DNA of 64,000 bases. Origin: Myxococcota bacterium. GTDB taxonomy: Bacteria; Myxococcota_A; UBA796; UBA2385. The position numbers and the translations under genes are program-made. A model generated the notes under the pieces. That model was not told where the DNA came from, ran no database searches, and worked only from the letters and a program-made list of their open reading frames with translations. Shown piece by piece: positions 9,726-18,547 of this stretch. The stretch covers positions 160,001 through 224,000 of the forward strand of contig JBIJDH010000002.1 in assembly GCA_044344255.1 (NCBI GenBank), in the 5' to 3' direction. Numbering within the stretch: the first letter of the stretch is position 1; each line of letters starts with the position of its first letter.

Positions 9726-11474
9726 TTGGGCTACCAGTCTCTCGCCGGTGTGCTGCTCCTGGCGCTGCTCGTCTTCATACACGAGCTCGGCCACTACTTG
9801 GTGGCCAAGGCCTGTGGGGTTCAGGTCACGGTCTTCTCGATCGGGATGGGGCCGCGCGTCTTCGGCTTCGTGCGAGGGGGCACCGACTATCGGCTCTCCG
9901 CCTTCCCGTTCGGCGGCTACGTAAAGCTGGCGGGCGCCGACCCCTTCGCCTTCACGGAGGATGAAGGCGAGTCCCTCGAAGACCCTCGCACATCCTTCCT
10001 GCTCCGGCCGGTGTGGCAGCGCATCGCGGTCATCGCGGCGGGGCCCGTCTTCAACCTGCTGCTGCCCTTCGTCGTCTTCACGGCGGTGTTGATGGCGGGT
10101 GAGCCCCAGCCGGCGGCGGAGGTGGGGCGGATCTACCCCCGCACTGTGGCGGAGTCCGCGGGCCTGCGCCCAGGTGACCGCATCACCGCGCTCAACGGTG
10201 AGCCGGTAGTCTCCTGGATGCACCTCGCTCGGCTCGTGGGTGAGCGGGGTGCGGGCGCGGTCGAGCTCGACGTCTTCCGGCCCCTCGTCCCCGGCTCGAC
10301 GCCGGAGGAGGCGGCGGGAGAGCGGCTCGGGCTGAGCCTCTCGATCACCACCCCGTTGGACCCCGACTCCGGTGACCTCTCTGCTGCGCTGGGGGTCGGC
10401 TACTACCGACCTGCCCCGGTGGTCGGCCTCGATGACCCTGCGTCCCCCGCCAGCCGAGCGGGCCTGAAGGGCGGCGACCTCATCCAGATGGTCGGGGACG
10501 TCGCCGTCACGGACTGGCTCCAGTTGGACGCCGCGATCGCGCGCTCCAGCGGGCCCTGGGCCCTGAAGGTGCGGCGAGGCGAGGAGACCCTCGACCTCCA
10601 GGTCGGCGTGGATCCGGCCTGGGCGCCCCGGCTCGTAGAGGGGGGCATCGCAGGTCCGGCGGTGTCGATCGGCCTCTTCCCCCAGACCCTCTTCGTCGGG
10701 GAGGTCTCCGAGACGGTCGACCCGGAGCACAAGCTCATCCCCGACCTCACCCTGGCCTCGGAGCCCTCGCCAGCGCGCCTCGCGGGGGTCCTCGCCGGAG
10801 ATCGGTTCCTGCGCATCGACGGAGAGGGCATCCGGGCTTGGGGGGATGTTCAGCGCACGGTCCGCGCGACGATGGAGGGCACCGGCGTCGGCGCCACGGC
10901 CCGCCCCGTGGCCTTGGAGGTCGTGCGGGCCGGCCAGGTGCTCTCGCTCACGCTCACCCCACGGGTGATCGAGCTCACCGACGAGATGAGCCGCTACGAG
11001 CGACGGCCAATCCTCGGTGTCTTCAGCGCCGGCTACGAGGTGGGAGGGGCCAGCGTCCGCTACTACTACGGCTTCTTCGAGGCCTTCGCGAAGGCCACCG
11101 ATCAGACCGTCTCCATCGTTCGGAGCATCCTGGAGCAGCTCGGCATGCTCATCACCGGCCGGGCCTCGATGGAGCGCTCCTTCGCGGGGCCCATCGAGAT
11201 GATGCGGCAGGCTGGCTATGCCGCCGAGGCGGGCATCTTCAGCTACGCGCGGCTGATGGGAATGCTCTCGATCTCGCTGGGCGTGATGAACCTGCTGCCG
11301 GTGCCCGTCCTGGATGGCGGGCAGCTGCTCTTCTTCATCATCGAGGCCATCCGCGGTCGCCCGGTCTCCTTGCGCCTCCGCGAGCGGGCCCTGCAGGTCG
11401 GCGTAATCTTCCTGCTCCTGCTCATGATGTTCGTCGTCGTGCTCGATGTGCGGAGGTGTGTCGGTGCCGACTGA
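9726..11474 (+). CDS. rseP: RIP metalloprotease RseP (M50) with multiple PDZ domains
   Basis: HELGH zinc motif, FSIGMGP, GGYVKL, AGPVFN, NLLPVPVLDGG; three GL/GV..GD PDZ-like segments. Confidence 0.95.
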   Translation: MGYQSLAGVLLLALLVFIHELGHYLVAKACGVQVTVFSIGMGPRVFGFVRGGTDYRLSAFPFGGYVKLAGADPFAFTEDEGESLEDPRTSFLLRPVWQRIAVIAAGPVFNLLLPFVVFTAVLMAGEPQPAAEVGRIYPRTVAESAGLRPGDRITALNGEPVVSWMHLARLVGERGAGAVELDVFRPLVPGSTPEEAAGERLGLSLSITTPLDPDSGDLSAALGVGYYRPAPVVGLDDPASPASRAGLKGGDLIQMVGDVAVTDWLQLDAAIARSSGPWALKVRRGEETLDLQVGVDPAWAPRLVEGGIAGPAVSIGLFPQTLFVGEVSETVDPEHKLIPDLTLASEPSPARLAGVLAGDRFLRIDGEGIRAWGDVQRTVRATMEGTGVGATARPVALEVVRAGQVLSLTLTPRVIELTDEMSRYERRPILGVFSAGYEVGGASVRYYYGFFEAFAKATDQTVSIVRSILEQLGMLITGRASMERSFAGPIEMMRQAGYAAEAGIFSYARLMGMLSISLGVMNLLPVPVLDGGQLLFFIIEAIRGRPVSLRLRERALQVGVIFLLLLMMFVVVLDVRRCVGAD

Positions 11475-12174
11475 GCGGAGGTGGTGCTTGGGCATCGACA
11501 CGGCGGGCCCGGTGGTCGGTGTGGCCCTGTGGTGGGCGGGTGAGCCCGAGCCGGCCTTCGAGCGCACGGAGCGGGTGGCGCGGGGGGCGGACGGGCTGCT
11601 CGTCCCCTGGATCGCGGCCGCCCTCGCTCAGGTGGATGACGATGGGGATCTCGGTGCGGGGCGGGGGTTGGTGGCGGTCTCCGCCGGCCCGGGGGCCTTC
11701 ACCGGGCTCCGGGTGGGGCTCGCCTTGGCGATGGGCCTCGGCGTCGCGCGGCGGCTCGAGGTCGTGCCTGTCTCTTCGCTCGCGGCCCGGGCCGCGATGG
11801 TCGGAGCGCCGGTGCTGGTCCTCCTCGATGCGCGGAAGGACCGTGTCTATGCAGGCGCCTACACCTTCCTCGACGGTCTACCCCAGCTGGAGGGAGTGGA
11901 GCAGGACGTGAGCCTCGCCGAGGTCCTGCCCGCCGCGCCCTTCCGGTGTGTGGGGGAGGGCGCTGTCGTGTATCGGGCGCAGATCGAGGCCGCGGGCGGG
12001 GAGGTGGTCCCTGCGGCCGATCGGTGCCCCGCCGCCGCGTTGGCCGCGCTCGGGCTCCGGCTCCCCGCCTCCTGCCGAGTGAGCCCGGCGGCCGTGAGCC
12101 CACACTACATCCGCCCGGCTGACATCACCCCGCCCCGGGGCGGCGGCCCGGCGGGCGCCTTCCCGGTCGGATAA
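11464..12174 (+). CDS. tsaB: tRNA t6A biosynthesis protein TsaB
   Basis: LGIDTA, GPGAFTGLRVG, LDARK, PHYIR. Confidence 0.9.
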   Translation: MPTERRWCLGIDTAGPVVGVALWWAGEPEPAFERTERVARGADGLLVPWIAAALAQVDDDGDLGAGRGLVAVSAGPGAFTGLRVGLALAMGLGVARRLEVVPVSSLAARAAMVGAPVLVLLDARKDRVYAGAYTFLDGLPQLEGVEQDVSLAEVLPAAPFRCVGEGAVVYRAQIEAAGGEVVPAADRCPAAALAALGLRLPASCRVSPAAVSPHYIRPADITPPRGGGPAGAFPVG

Positions 12175-12215
12175 GGGGCCCGGCTCCTCCCACCGTGGGG
12201 GGGGCAGGAGAGGGA

Positions 12216-13256
12216 ATGTCTGACCAAGAGCTGGCGAGCCCCACGCAGGGCGAGCCGTCGTACACCGTCGCAGTGCTCGGGGCGACCGGCGCGGTCGGTC
12301 AGGATCTGCTGCGGGCCCTCGGTCGGAGCGGCCTCTCCATCGGTGAGCTGCGCCTGATGGCCGGCCCGGGCAGCCGAGGCACCTCGGTCGAGGTGGACGA
12401 CAAGGCGCACCGCGTCCACGCGCTCCCCGCCGAGCCGGAGTCGAGCACCCTCTTCGAGGGCGTGCAGATCGCCTTCCTCTGCTTGCCCCCCGACGTGGCG
12501 CGCGCCCAGGCGCGGTCCCTCGCGGACCGCGGGATCCTGGTGATCGACCTCAGCGGCGTGTCCGCCGGGGAGGCGCCGATCACCCTCGCCGGCGTGTCCG
12601 AGCTGCCCTCGGAGATCCCCGACGCCGGTCGCCTGTTGGTCGCCCCCTCGGCGCCCGCGGCGGTCCTGGCCACCGTCCTGGGTGCGCTTCGCGGTCTCGG
12701 GGTCAGCGGCTGTCGCGGCACGATCCTGCAGTCCGCCGGAGCAGCGGGCAAGGCGGGCGTCGAGGAGCTCTCCCAGCAGGTGGTCGCCCTCTTCAATCAA
12801 GGGGAGCCCCCGCGCAAGGTCTTCCCGGGCGGGCTCGCCTTCGATCTGATCGGCCAGAGCGGCTCTCTCATCGAGGGCTGGACCAGCGGTGAGCGTCGGA
12901 TCGCCGAAGAGGTGGCCCTGCTCACCGGCCTGCCGGCTACCGAGATCGGCCTCACGCTCATCACCGTGCCGCTCTTCGCCGGCCTCTCCGTCTCCATCCA
13001 TGTACGCTTCGACGAGGAGGTGGGCCTGGACGACGTCCTCGCGGCCCTCGGCGACTCCCCCTCCTTGCGGGTGGGCGATCCGGTGCCCGGGCCGCGGCGC
13101 GTGGTCGGCAAGGGGGCGGTGCACGTCGGTCGGGTCCGCCTCGATCCCGCTGGAGACGGCATCCACCTCTGGGCGGTGGCCGATAATCTTCGCTTTGGCG
13201 CCTCGGCCAGCGCGATCGGCCTCGCCCTCGCCGCGATCGAGGCGGGCTGGCTGTGA
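12216..13256 (+). CDS. Aspartate-semialdehyde dehydrogenase-like protein lacking the catalytic residues (Usg-like)
   Basis: VAVLGATGAVG, VIDLS, QSAGAAGKAGVEEL, LAFDLI, VGRVR, DNLRFGA; the NPNC region reads APSAP. Confidence 0.85.
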   Translation: MSDQELASPTQGEPSYTVAVLGATGAVGQDLLRALGRSGLSIGELRLMAGPGSRGTSVEVDDKAHRVHALPAEPESSTLFEGVQIAFLCLPPDVARAQARSLADRGILVIDLSGVSAGEAPITLAGVSELPSEIPDAGRLLVAPSAPAAVLATVLGALRGLGVSGCRGTILQSAGAAGKAGVEELSQQVVALFNQGEPPRKVFPGGLAFDLIGQSGSLIEGWTSGERRIAEEVALLTGLPATEIGLTLITVPLFAGLSVSIHVRFDEEVGLDDVLAALGDSPSLRVGDPVPGPRRVVGKGAVHVGRVRLDPAGDGIHLWAVADNLRFGASASAIGLALAAIEAGWL

Positions 13257-13347
13257 GCCGCCTCGCCCCCCGGGCCCTCGCGCGGCCAGCTGTGACAGCC
13301 TGACAATCTCGCCTTGACGGCGCGGTCGAACACGACGGGATCGTTGC

Positions 13348-13363
13348 TGGCACGATGCCTGCA
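13348..13363 (+). promoter_or_regulatory. sigma54 (-24/-12) promoter
   Basis: TGGCACGATGCCTGCA with GG-N10-GC spacing, about 40 nt upstream of ATG 13403. Confidence 0.7.
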
Positions 13364-13402
13364 TCCTCCTCTCGGTGGGCGAACCGGCCCCTTGGGAACT
13401 CG

Positions 13403-15886
13403 ATGCTCCTGCTCCTCCTCCTGCCCTCCGTGTTCGCCGCTGATCCGTCGGTGAAGGCCGCGTTCACCCTCGGCGCGGACCCTGTCGACCTCGGCAGCCT
13501 CGCGGGCGGCGGTTCCCTCCCTCGCTGGGTCGGCGCGCGGACGGCCGGAGACTGGGTGGACCTCTTCGACACCCTGACCTGGGACGATCCCGTCTCGGTC
13601 TCCGTCGGCTGCGAGGGAGGGGAGGGGCCGGACGGCCACGCGGGCGGGGTGGCCTTCACCGGCTCGGACGTCTCACCTCGGCTGTGGACGGGCTGCGCCG
13701 ACGGTACGGTGCGCTGGTTCGATCGCAGCGCCGGGCTCTGGTCCGAGACCGGCAGCGTGAGCGCGGCCTCCAACGGCATCTACGGCCTCTTCAGCCCCGA
13801 TGGCGCCTCGATCTTCGGGGTCTCGGGCCCCTCTTCGGCGCCGGTGCTCTTCGAGCTCGATCCCGACTCTGGCGCCGTCACCACCCTCGCGGCGCTCAGC
13901 TACAGCGGCTTCACGGACCTCTCGGGAGACCTCTCTTACTTGCTCGTCGGCCAGGGCTCGGAGGGGGTGGCCGCCCTCTCGTACGCGGGCGGCACGGGCA
14001 ACCAGGGGATCGGGAGCGGGGTCACGGTCCGAGACCTCCTCGTCCCCACGAACGAGCTCTACTTGCTCGCCGGGGGAGAGGCGGGGGTGCTTCGGTTCTT
14101 CCCGACCGAGACCAGCGGCAGCAACCTGACCGTCCTCTCGAACGACCCCAGCGACGCCGCGGCCCTCTCCCTCCACGACGCGAGCACCCTCCTCGTCGCC
14201 GATGACGGCGCGGCCGATCTCATCGGCTACGCCTACTCGAGCGGCAGCCTGACCGGGGAGGAGCTCTTCTCCTTGGCGTACCCCGGGAGCGGCGACGTGG
14301 TCGAGCTCGTCGGTGGCTCGGGCTACACGGTGGGGGCGGCGCTGACAGGGGACGGCAACGACAACTTGTGGGTGATCACCGACAAGCCGTGGGTTGAGGC
14401 CGAGGTCGACTCCCTGTCTGCGGACGCCGGCGGCACGGTGAACCTGAGCTTCCAGTCCGATGAGACGGGCACGTGGTCGATCTACGGCCTCGACGCCTCG
14501 GGGGCTCGGCTCAGCGACACCGCCCTCGCGACGGGTGATCTCGGCGACACTCTCAGCGGCACGGCGGCCGTGGTCCTCGATCCCACCCTCTTCCTGACCG
14601 ACACGCCGGGGCCGGACGGCACGACCACCTATTACCTCCAAGTGGAGGTCACGGGGTCGGGGGAGCGGGTCGGCGCCGACGCGGTCTCGCTGTCGGTCGG
14701 TGGAGATCCGACCCGACCCGAGATCGAGCTCGCCTTCGGGGAGGAGCGCCTCATCGTCGATGCCACCGCCGAAAACACGGTGCGCTTCGAGGTCTACGTC
14801 ACCCGAAAGGAGGACGAGGCCGAATTCACGCCCTTCCTCGAAGAGTGTGGGGCGGGCGGCTCCGACACCGGCGCGGCCTCGGACTGTGGCCCCACCTTCA
14901 GCGTCGACGGCGACGACGCAGCCGAATACCCGAAGAGCCAAGAGGTCGAAGTGGGGAGCGCCGTGCGCTTCACCGTCGCGCCCCTCGAGAATGACCACGA
15001 ATACTGCGTCGCCGTACGCGGCTTCGGATCAGATGGACAGGAGAGCCCCATGAGCGAGATCCTCTGTGAGATCCCCCGCAAGACGTACACCTTCGAGGAG
15101 CGCACCGGCGGCGCCCCTGGCTGGTGCGGCGCTCCCCTCCCAGTCTCCGGTCTGGCCGCCGCCGCTGGTGTCGCGCTCGCGGTGTCGCGTCGTCGGCGCC
15201 GCGCCGCCGCGGGCCTCGGCCTGCTCGCCCTGATCGGCCTCACCACCTCCTCCGCCCCAGCGGCCGCCGCCGACAAGTCGGTGTTGGGTGACAAGTTCGA
15301 CAGTCACTCGAATTTCCAGATTCGGTACGGCAGCGCCAGCTTTGATGATCCGGACGTCACCGCCGGCCTGGAGGACGACTCCAACCGGATGTTGTGGCTC
15401 GAGGGCGGCCCGCACATCATCAAGTACTTCGAGCCCACGCTGGCCTTCGGCTTCATGCAGGGCGCTGGAATGCAGACCGACTCCAAGGGCATCCTGTCGG
15501 GCGACTTCGACACCCTCACCGTCTTCCCGATCGCGCTCAAGGCCACCGGGCGGCTGGACGTGCTCGACGACCAGATCCTCGTCCCCTACTTTGGGCTCGG
15601 CCTCGACTACTGGCTGGTGCGCACCCACTCCGCCACCGACGGCAGCGACGACACCAACACCGGCGGCCGCTACGGCTGGTCTTGGGCTTGGGGGGGGCAG
15701 CTCCTCCTCAACAACCTCGAGCCCGAGCGGGCGAGCCTCCTCCAGGCTCGCTCTGGCATCGAGAGCGTGTACGCGACCTTCGAGTACCGCCGCCAGGACG
15801 TGGGCACGATGCAGTTCGAGCGGGACGGGAAGGGCGTCGTGCTCACCGGAGACGAGCTCACCTTCGGCCTGAAGTTCGACTACTGA
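13403..15886 (+). CDS. Large exported protein: beta-propeller/Ig-like region, FN3 domain, internal MYXO-CTERM-like segment, second signal-like segment and C-terminal outer-membrane beta-barrel
   Basis: Short signal MLLLLLLPSVFAA; FN3-like LENDHEYCVAVRGF...ESPMS; GWCG-hydrophobic-RRRRR at 15119-15202; alternating-strand C-terminal part ending LTFGLKFDY. Confidence 0.8.
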   Translation: MLLLLLLPSVFAADPSVKAAFTLGADPVDLGSLAGGGSLPRWVGARTAGDWVDLFDTLTWDDPVSVSVGCEGGEGPDGHAGGVAFTGSDVSPRLWTGCADGTVRWFDRSAGLWSETGSVSAASNGIYGLFSPDGASIFGVSGPSSAPVLFELDPDSGAVTTLAALSYSGFTDLSGDLSYLLVGQGSEGVAALSYAGGTGNQGIGSGVTVRDLLVPTNELYLLAGGEAGVLRFFPTETSGSNLTVLSNDPSDAAALSLHDASTLLVADDGAADLIGYAYSSGSLTGEELFSLAYPGSGDVVELVGGSGYTVGAALTGDGNDNLWVITDKPWVEAEVDSLSADAGGTVNLSFQSDETGTWSIYGLDASGARLSDTALATGDLGDTLSGTAAVVLDPTLFLTDTPGPDGTTTYYLQVEVTGSGERVGADAVSLSVGGDPTRPEIELAFGEERLIVDATAENTVRFEVYVTRKEDEAEFTPFLEECGAGGSDTGAASDCGPTFSVDGDDAAEYPKSQEVEVGSAVRFTVAPLENDHEYCVAVRGFGSDGQESPMSEILCEIPRKTYTFEERTGGAPGWCGAPLPVSGLAAAAGVALAVSRRRRRAAAGLGLLALIGLTTSSAPAAAADKSVLGDKFDSHSNFQIRYGSASFDDPDVTAGLEDDSNRMLWLEGGPHIIKYFEPTLAFGFMQGAGMQTDSKGILSGDFDTLTVFPIALKATGRLDVLDDQILVPYFGLGLDYWLVRTHSATDGSDDTNTGGRYGWSWAWGGQLLLNNLEPERASLLQARSGIESVYATFEYRRQDVGTMQFERDGKGVVLTGDELTFGLKFDY

Positions 15887-15915
15887 GCGAGGCTGGGCGA
15901 GCGCCAGGAGCGCCT

Positions 15916-16755
15916 GTGCTGCCGACGGGCGCCGTTGCCCGGGGGGGCGGGCCGGCCGGCGGGCAGGCCTGGCGGCTCGATCTCGCCTGGAACGGTGCGC
16001 GTTACTGCGGCTGGCAGCGGCAGGCCAACGGTCGGTCAGTGCAGCAGGTGCTGGAAGAGGCGCTCTGCACCCTGTTTGGCGGAGAGGTGATCGCCGCCAA
16101 GGCCACCGGGCGCACCGACGCTGGCGTGCACGCTGCCCAGCAGGTGGTGGGCTTCTGCGCCTGGACCCCCCGCAGCGCGGAGGCGGTGCAGCGAGGCCTA
16201 AACGCGCTCCTCCCCGACGACATCTGCTGCCTCGCCGCGGCCCACGCTCCGTCGAATTTCGACCCGCGGGGATGGACGCTCCGCAAGCAGTACCGCTACC
16301 GCCTGTTGCTCCGCGAGGCGCGTTGCCCGTTCCGTGATCCCTTCGTGTGGCAGCTCCGCGCGGCGGTCGATCGCGGGCGGATCGCCGCGGCGGCGCCTGC
16401 GCTGGTGGGCCGCCATGACTTCTCGAGCTTCCGCGCCACGGGCTGCGGGGCCCTCCACCCGGTCCGCCAGGTGGAGTCGGTGACCATCACCGACGCGGAC
16501 GACGAGCTTCAGCTCGACTTTGTCGGCAACGGCTTCCTTCGTCACCAAGTGCGCATCATGGTCGGCACCTTGGTGGAGATCGGTCGGGGTCGCCTGCCGC
16601 TCGACGCTCTTCCGAGCATCCTCGAGGCCCGCGACCGCAAGCGAGCCGGCCCAACGGCGCCCCCGCAGGGCCTGTGTCTACACTCGGTCACCCTCGGGGA
16701 GGGGCCTCGCGTCGTCTTCGACCTGGCGGATGCCGAGCTCGAAGACGAGGGCTGA
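15916..16755 (+). CDS. truA: tRNA pseudouridine(38-40) synthase
   Basis: Y.GWQRQ, GRTDAGVHA, G.HDFSSF, GFLRHQVRIMVG, AGPTAPPQGL; AGGAG before GTG 15916. Confidence 0.94.
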   Translation: MLPTGAVARGGGPAGGQAWRLDLAWNGARYCGWQRQANGRSVQQVLEEALCTLFGGEVIAAKATGRTDAGVHAAQQVVGFCAWTPRSAEAVQRGLNALLPDDICCLAAAHAPSNFDPRGWTLRKQYRYRLLLREARCPFRDPFVWQLRAAVDRGRIAAAAPALVGRHDFSSFRATGCGALHPVRQVESVTITDADDELQLDFVGNGFLRHQVRIMVGTLVEIGRGRLPLDALPSILEARDRKRAGPTAPPQGLCLHSVTLGEGPRVVFDLADAELEDEG

Positions 16756-16838
16756 CGCTCGAAGGCGATGCCGACCGAGGCCGGGCGGGACCCAGAGGGG
16801 GAGGGGATCGCGGGTGAGGAGCCCCACCCGCGGGTGCG

Positions 16839-17132
16839 CTACCAGTCTTCTTCTTCGCCCTCGGGGGACTCCTCTTCGTCTTCGAAGGCGTCCTCCTCTT
16901 CGTCGAGATCGATGTCCTCATCCGGCTCATCGAGGTCGGGGACCATCTCCTTGGCGCTGGGGCGGTTCGTCTTGTACCGGGCCATCACCGCGACGCGGGG
17001 ATCGGGGGCCGGGTCTTCGCGCTGGTCGGCGTTGCACTTGGGGCAGACCGGCTCCGGCTTGTTGAGGTCGTAGAACTTGCAGCTACAGTTGAAGCAAGTG
17101 TACCGACGGCCCAGGCGGGCTTTGTCCTGCAT
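16839..17132 (-). CDS. FYDLN acid domain zinc-ribbon protein (TIGR02300-like)
   Basis: LGRRYTCFNCSCKFYDLNKPEPVCPKC followed by an acidic tail. Confidence 0.9.
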   Translation of the reverse strand: MQDKARLGRRYTCFNCSCKFYDLNKPEPVCPKCNADQREDPAPDPRVAVMARYKTNRPSAKEMVPDLDEPDEDIDLDEEEDAFEDEEESPEGEEEDW

Positions 17133-17309
17133 GACGGGGTCCTGGTCGGAGGTGAGCGGACAGAGCGCGCGCGGGCGCCGGGTCCGGGTCGCGATCGGGG
17201 GGAATAAGGGGCGCACTGGATACCACGGCCGCACGTTGAGTCAAGGCGGCGAGGTGAAGGGCCGCGGGGCCCGACCGATGGGAGCGGCATTGCGAGCGGC
17301 GGCCCCTGC

Positions 17310-17338
17310 TTGACATCACCCTCCGGGCACACTAATCA
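17310..17338 (+). promoter_or_regulatory. Probable sigma70 promoter of rplM-rpsI
   Basis: Perfect TTGACA at 17310-17315; only a weak -10 (ACTAAT/TAATCA) at 15-17 nt spacing. Confidence 0.4.
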
Positions 17339-17531
17339 GCGCCGTCCTTCGGTTGGGGGCACCTCTTCCGCGTCCAGCGGATCAATTGGGCCGCCTATCG
17401 GTAGATCCGTGGCCTTGTCCCCGAATTCTCTCCCGAAGCCCGGGTCGCTCGTCGCCCAGTGGTTGACGAATGGCGAACCCCGGGTGATGTGGCTGCGCTT
17501 CGATACCCCCTGAATTCTCCTGGTGACCCTC

Positions 17532-17966
17532 ATGAGCTCTACCATCGCCAAGCCGGCCGACGTCCAGCACGGCTGGTTCGTCATTGACGCCGAGAACGAG
17601 ACCCTTGGCCGCCTCGCCTCCCGCATCGCCGTTGTCCTGCGGGGCAAGCACAAGCCGACCTTCACTCCCCACGTGGACAGCGGTGACTTCGTCATCGTCG
17701 TCAACGTCGAGAAGGTCCAGCTCACGGGTCGCAAGCTCGATCAGAAGTTCTACCATGCCTACTCGGGCTACCCGAGCGGTCTCCGCAGCCGCAACGCCCG
17801 CGAGCTGTTGAGCACCTACCCGGAGCGGGTCCTTGAGCACGCCATCCGCGGCATGCTCCCGAAGAACCGCCTCGCCCGGCAGGTGATCAAGAAGCTGAAG
17901 CTCTACGCTGGGCCCAGCCACCCGCACGTGGCTCAACAGCCCCAGCCCTTCCCCTCCTACGTCTGA
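17532..17966 (+). CDS. rplM: 50S ribosomal protein L13
   Basis: [43 protein letters not shown]. Confidence 0.98.
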   Translation: MSSTIAKPADVQHGWFVIDAENETLGRLASRIAVVLRGKHKPTFTPHVDSGDFVIVVNVEKVQLTGRKLDQKFYHAYSGYPSGLRSRNARELLSTYPERVLEHAIRGMLPKNRLARQVIKKLKLYAGPSHPHVAQQPQPFPSYV

Positions 17967-17990
17967 CACCCGGTCCAGGACGGCGCAATC

Positions 17991-18386
17991 ATGGCCAACA
18001 TCACCCAGTACTACGGCACCGGTCGCCGCAAGACGGCGGTCGCTCGCGTCTTCCTTCGGCCCGGTCACGGCAAGATCGTCGTGAACCACAAGCCCTTCGA
18101 GACCTACTTCGAGCGCGAGAGCAGCAAGCTGATCATCCGTCAGCCGCTGGAGCTCACCGGCTCGGGTGTCTCCTTTGACATCGTCGTCAACGTGAACGGT
18201 GGTGGCAAGTCGGGCCAGGCCGGCGCGGTCCGCCTCGGGATCGCCCGCGCGCTGATCGAGTCCAACCCGTCGCTCCGCGGCGTCCTCAAGGCGAACGGCC
18301 TCCTCACCCGCGACTCCCGTAAGGTCGAGCGGAAGAAGTACGGTCAGCCTGGCGCCCGTAAGCGCTTCCAGTTCAGCAAGCGCTAG
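17991..18386 (+). CDS. rpsI: 30S ribosomal protein S9
   Basis: [29 protein letters not shown]. Confidence 0.98.
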   Translation: MANITQYYGTGRRKTAVARVFLRPGHGKIVVNHKPFETYFERESSKLIIRQPLELTGSGVSFDIVVNVNGGGKSGQAGAVRLGIARALIESNPSLRGVLKANGLLTRDSRKVERKKYGQPGARKRFQFSKR

Positions 18387-18436
18387 TCTCTTCGGGGGGT
18401 GGTTCGAGCTTCGACTGGAGCCGCCCTCCTGCTCTG

Positions 18437-18467
18437 GGCCCTGCGATATTCGCAGGGCCTGCTTTTT
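18437..18467 (+). terminator. Rho-independent terminator after rpsI
   Basis: GGCCCTGCGA-TAT-TCGCAGGGCC 10-bp stem followed by TGCTTTTT. Confidence 0.8.
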
Positions 18468-18547
18468 GGTGCCCCGCGGCCTCTCGTGGGGCCCACTTCG
18501 GCAGGAGCCGCGCCGCTCAGTGGCGCGCGATCGGCCGGGGAGGAGCG

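Noticed and set aside
15394..15915. Long N-terminal extension of TruA (also the extended starts of queA, lptB, rpoN, dnaJ and 39091-40968)
   Set aside because: These extensions overlap upstream genes in other frames and look like shadow sequence; downstream starts fit the family N-termini.
18390..18470. tRNA after rpsI (contains GGTTCGA)
   Set aside because: No cloverleaf, anticodon arm or CCA end; better explained as two hairpins, the second a terminator.
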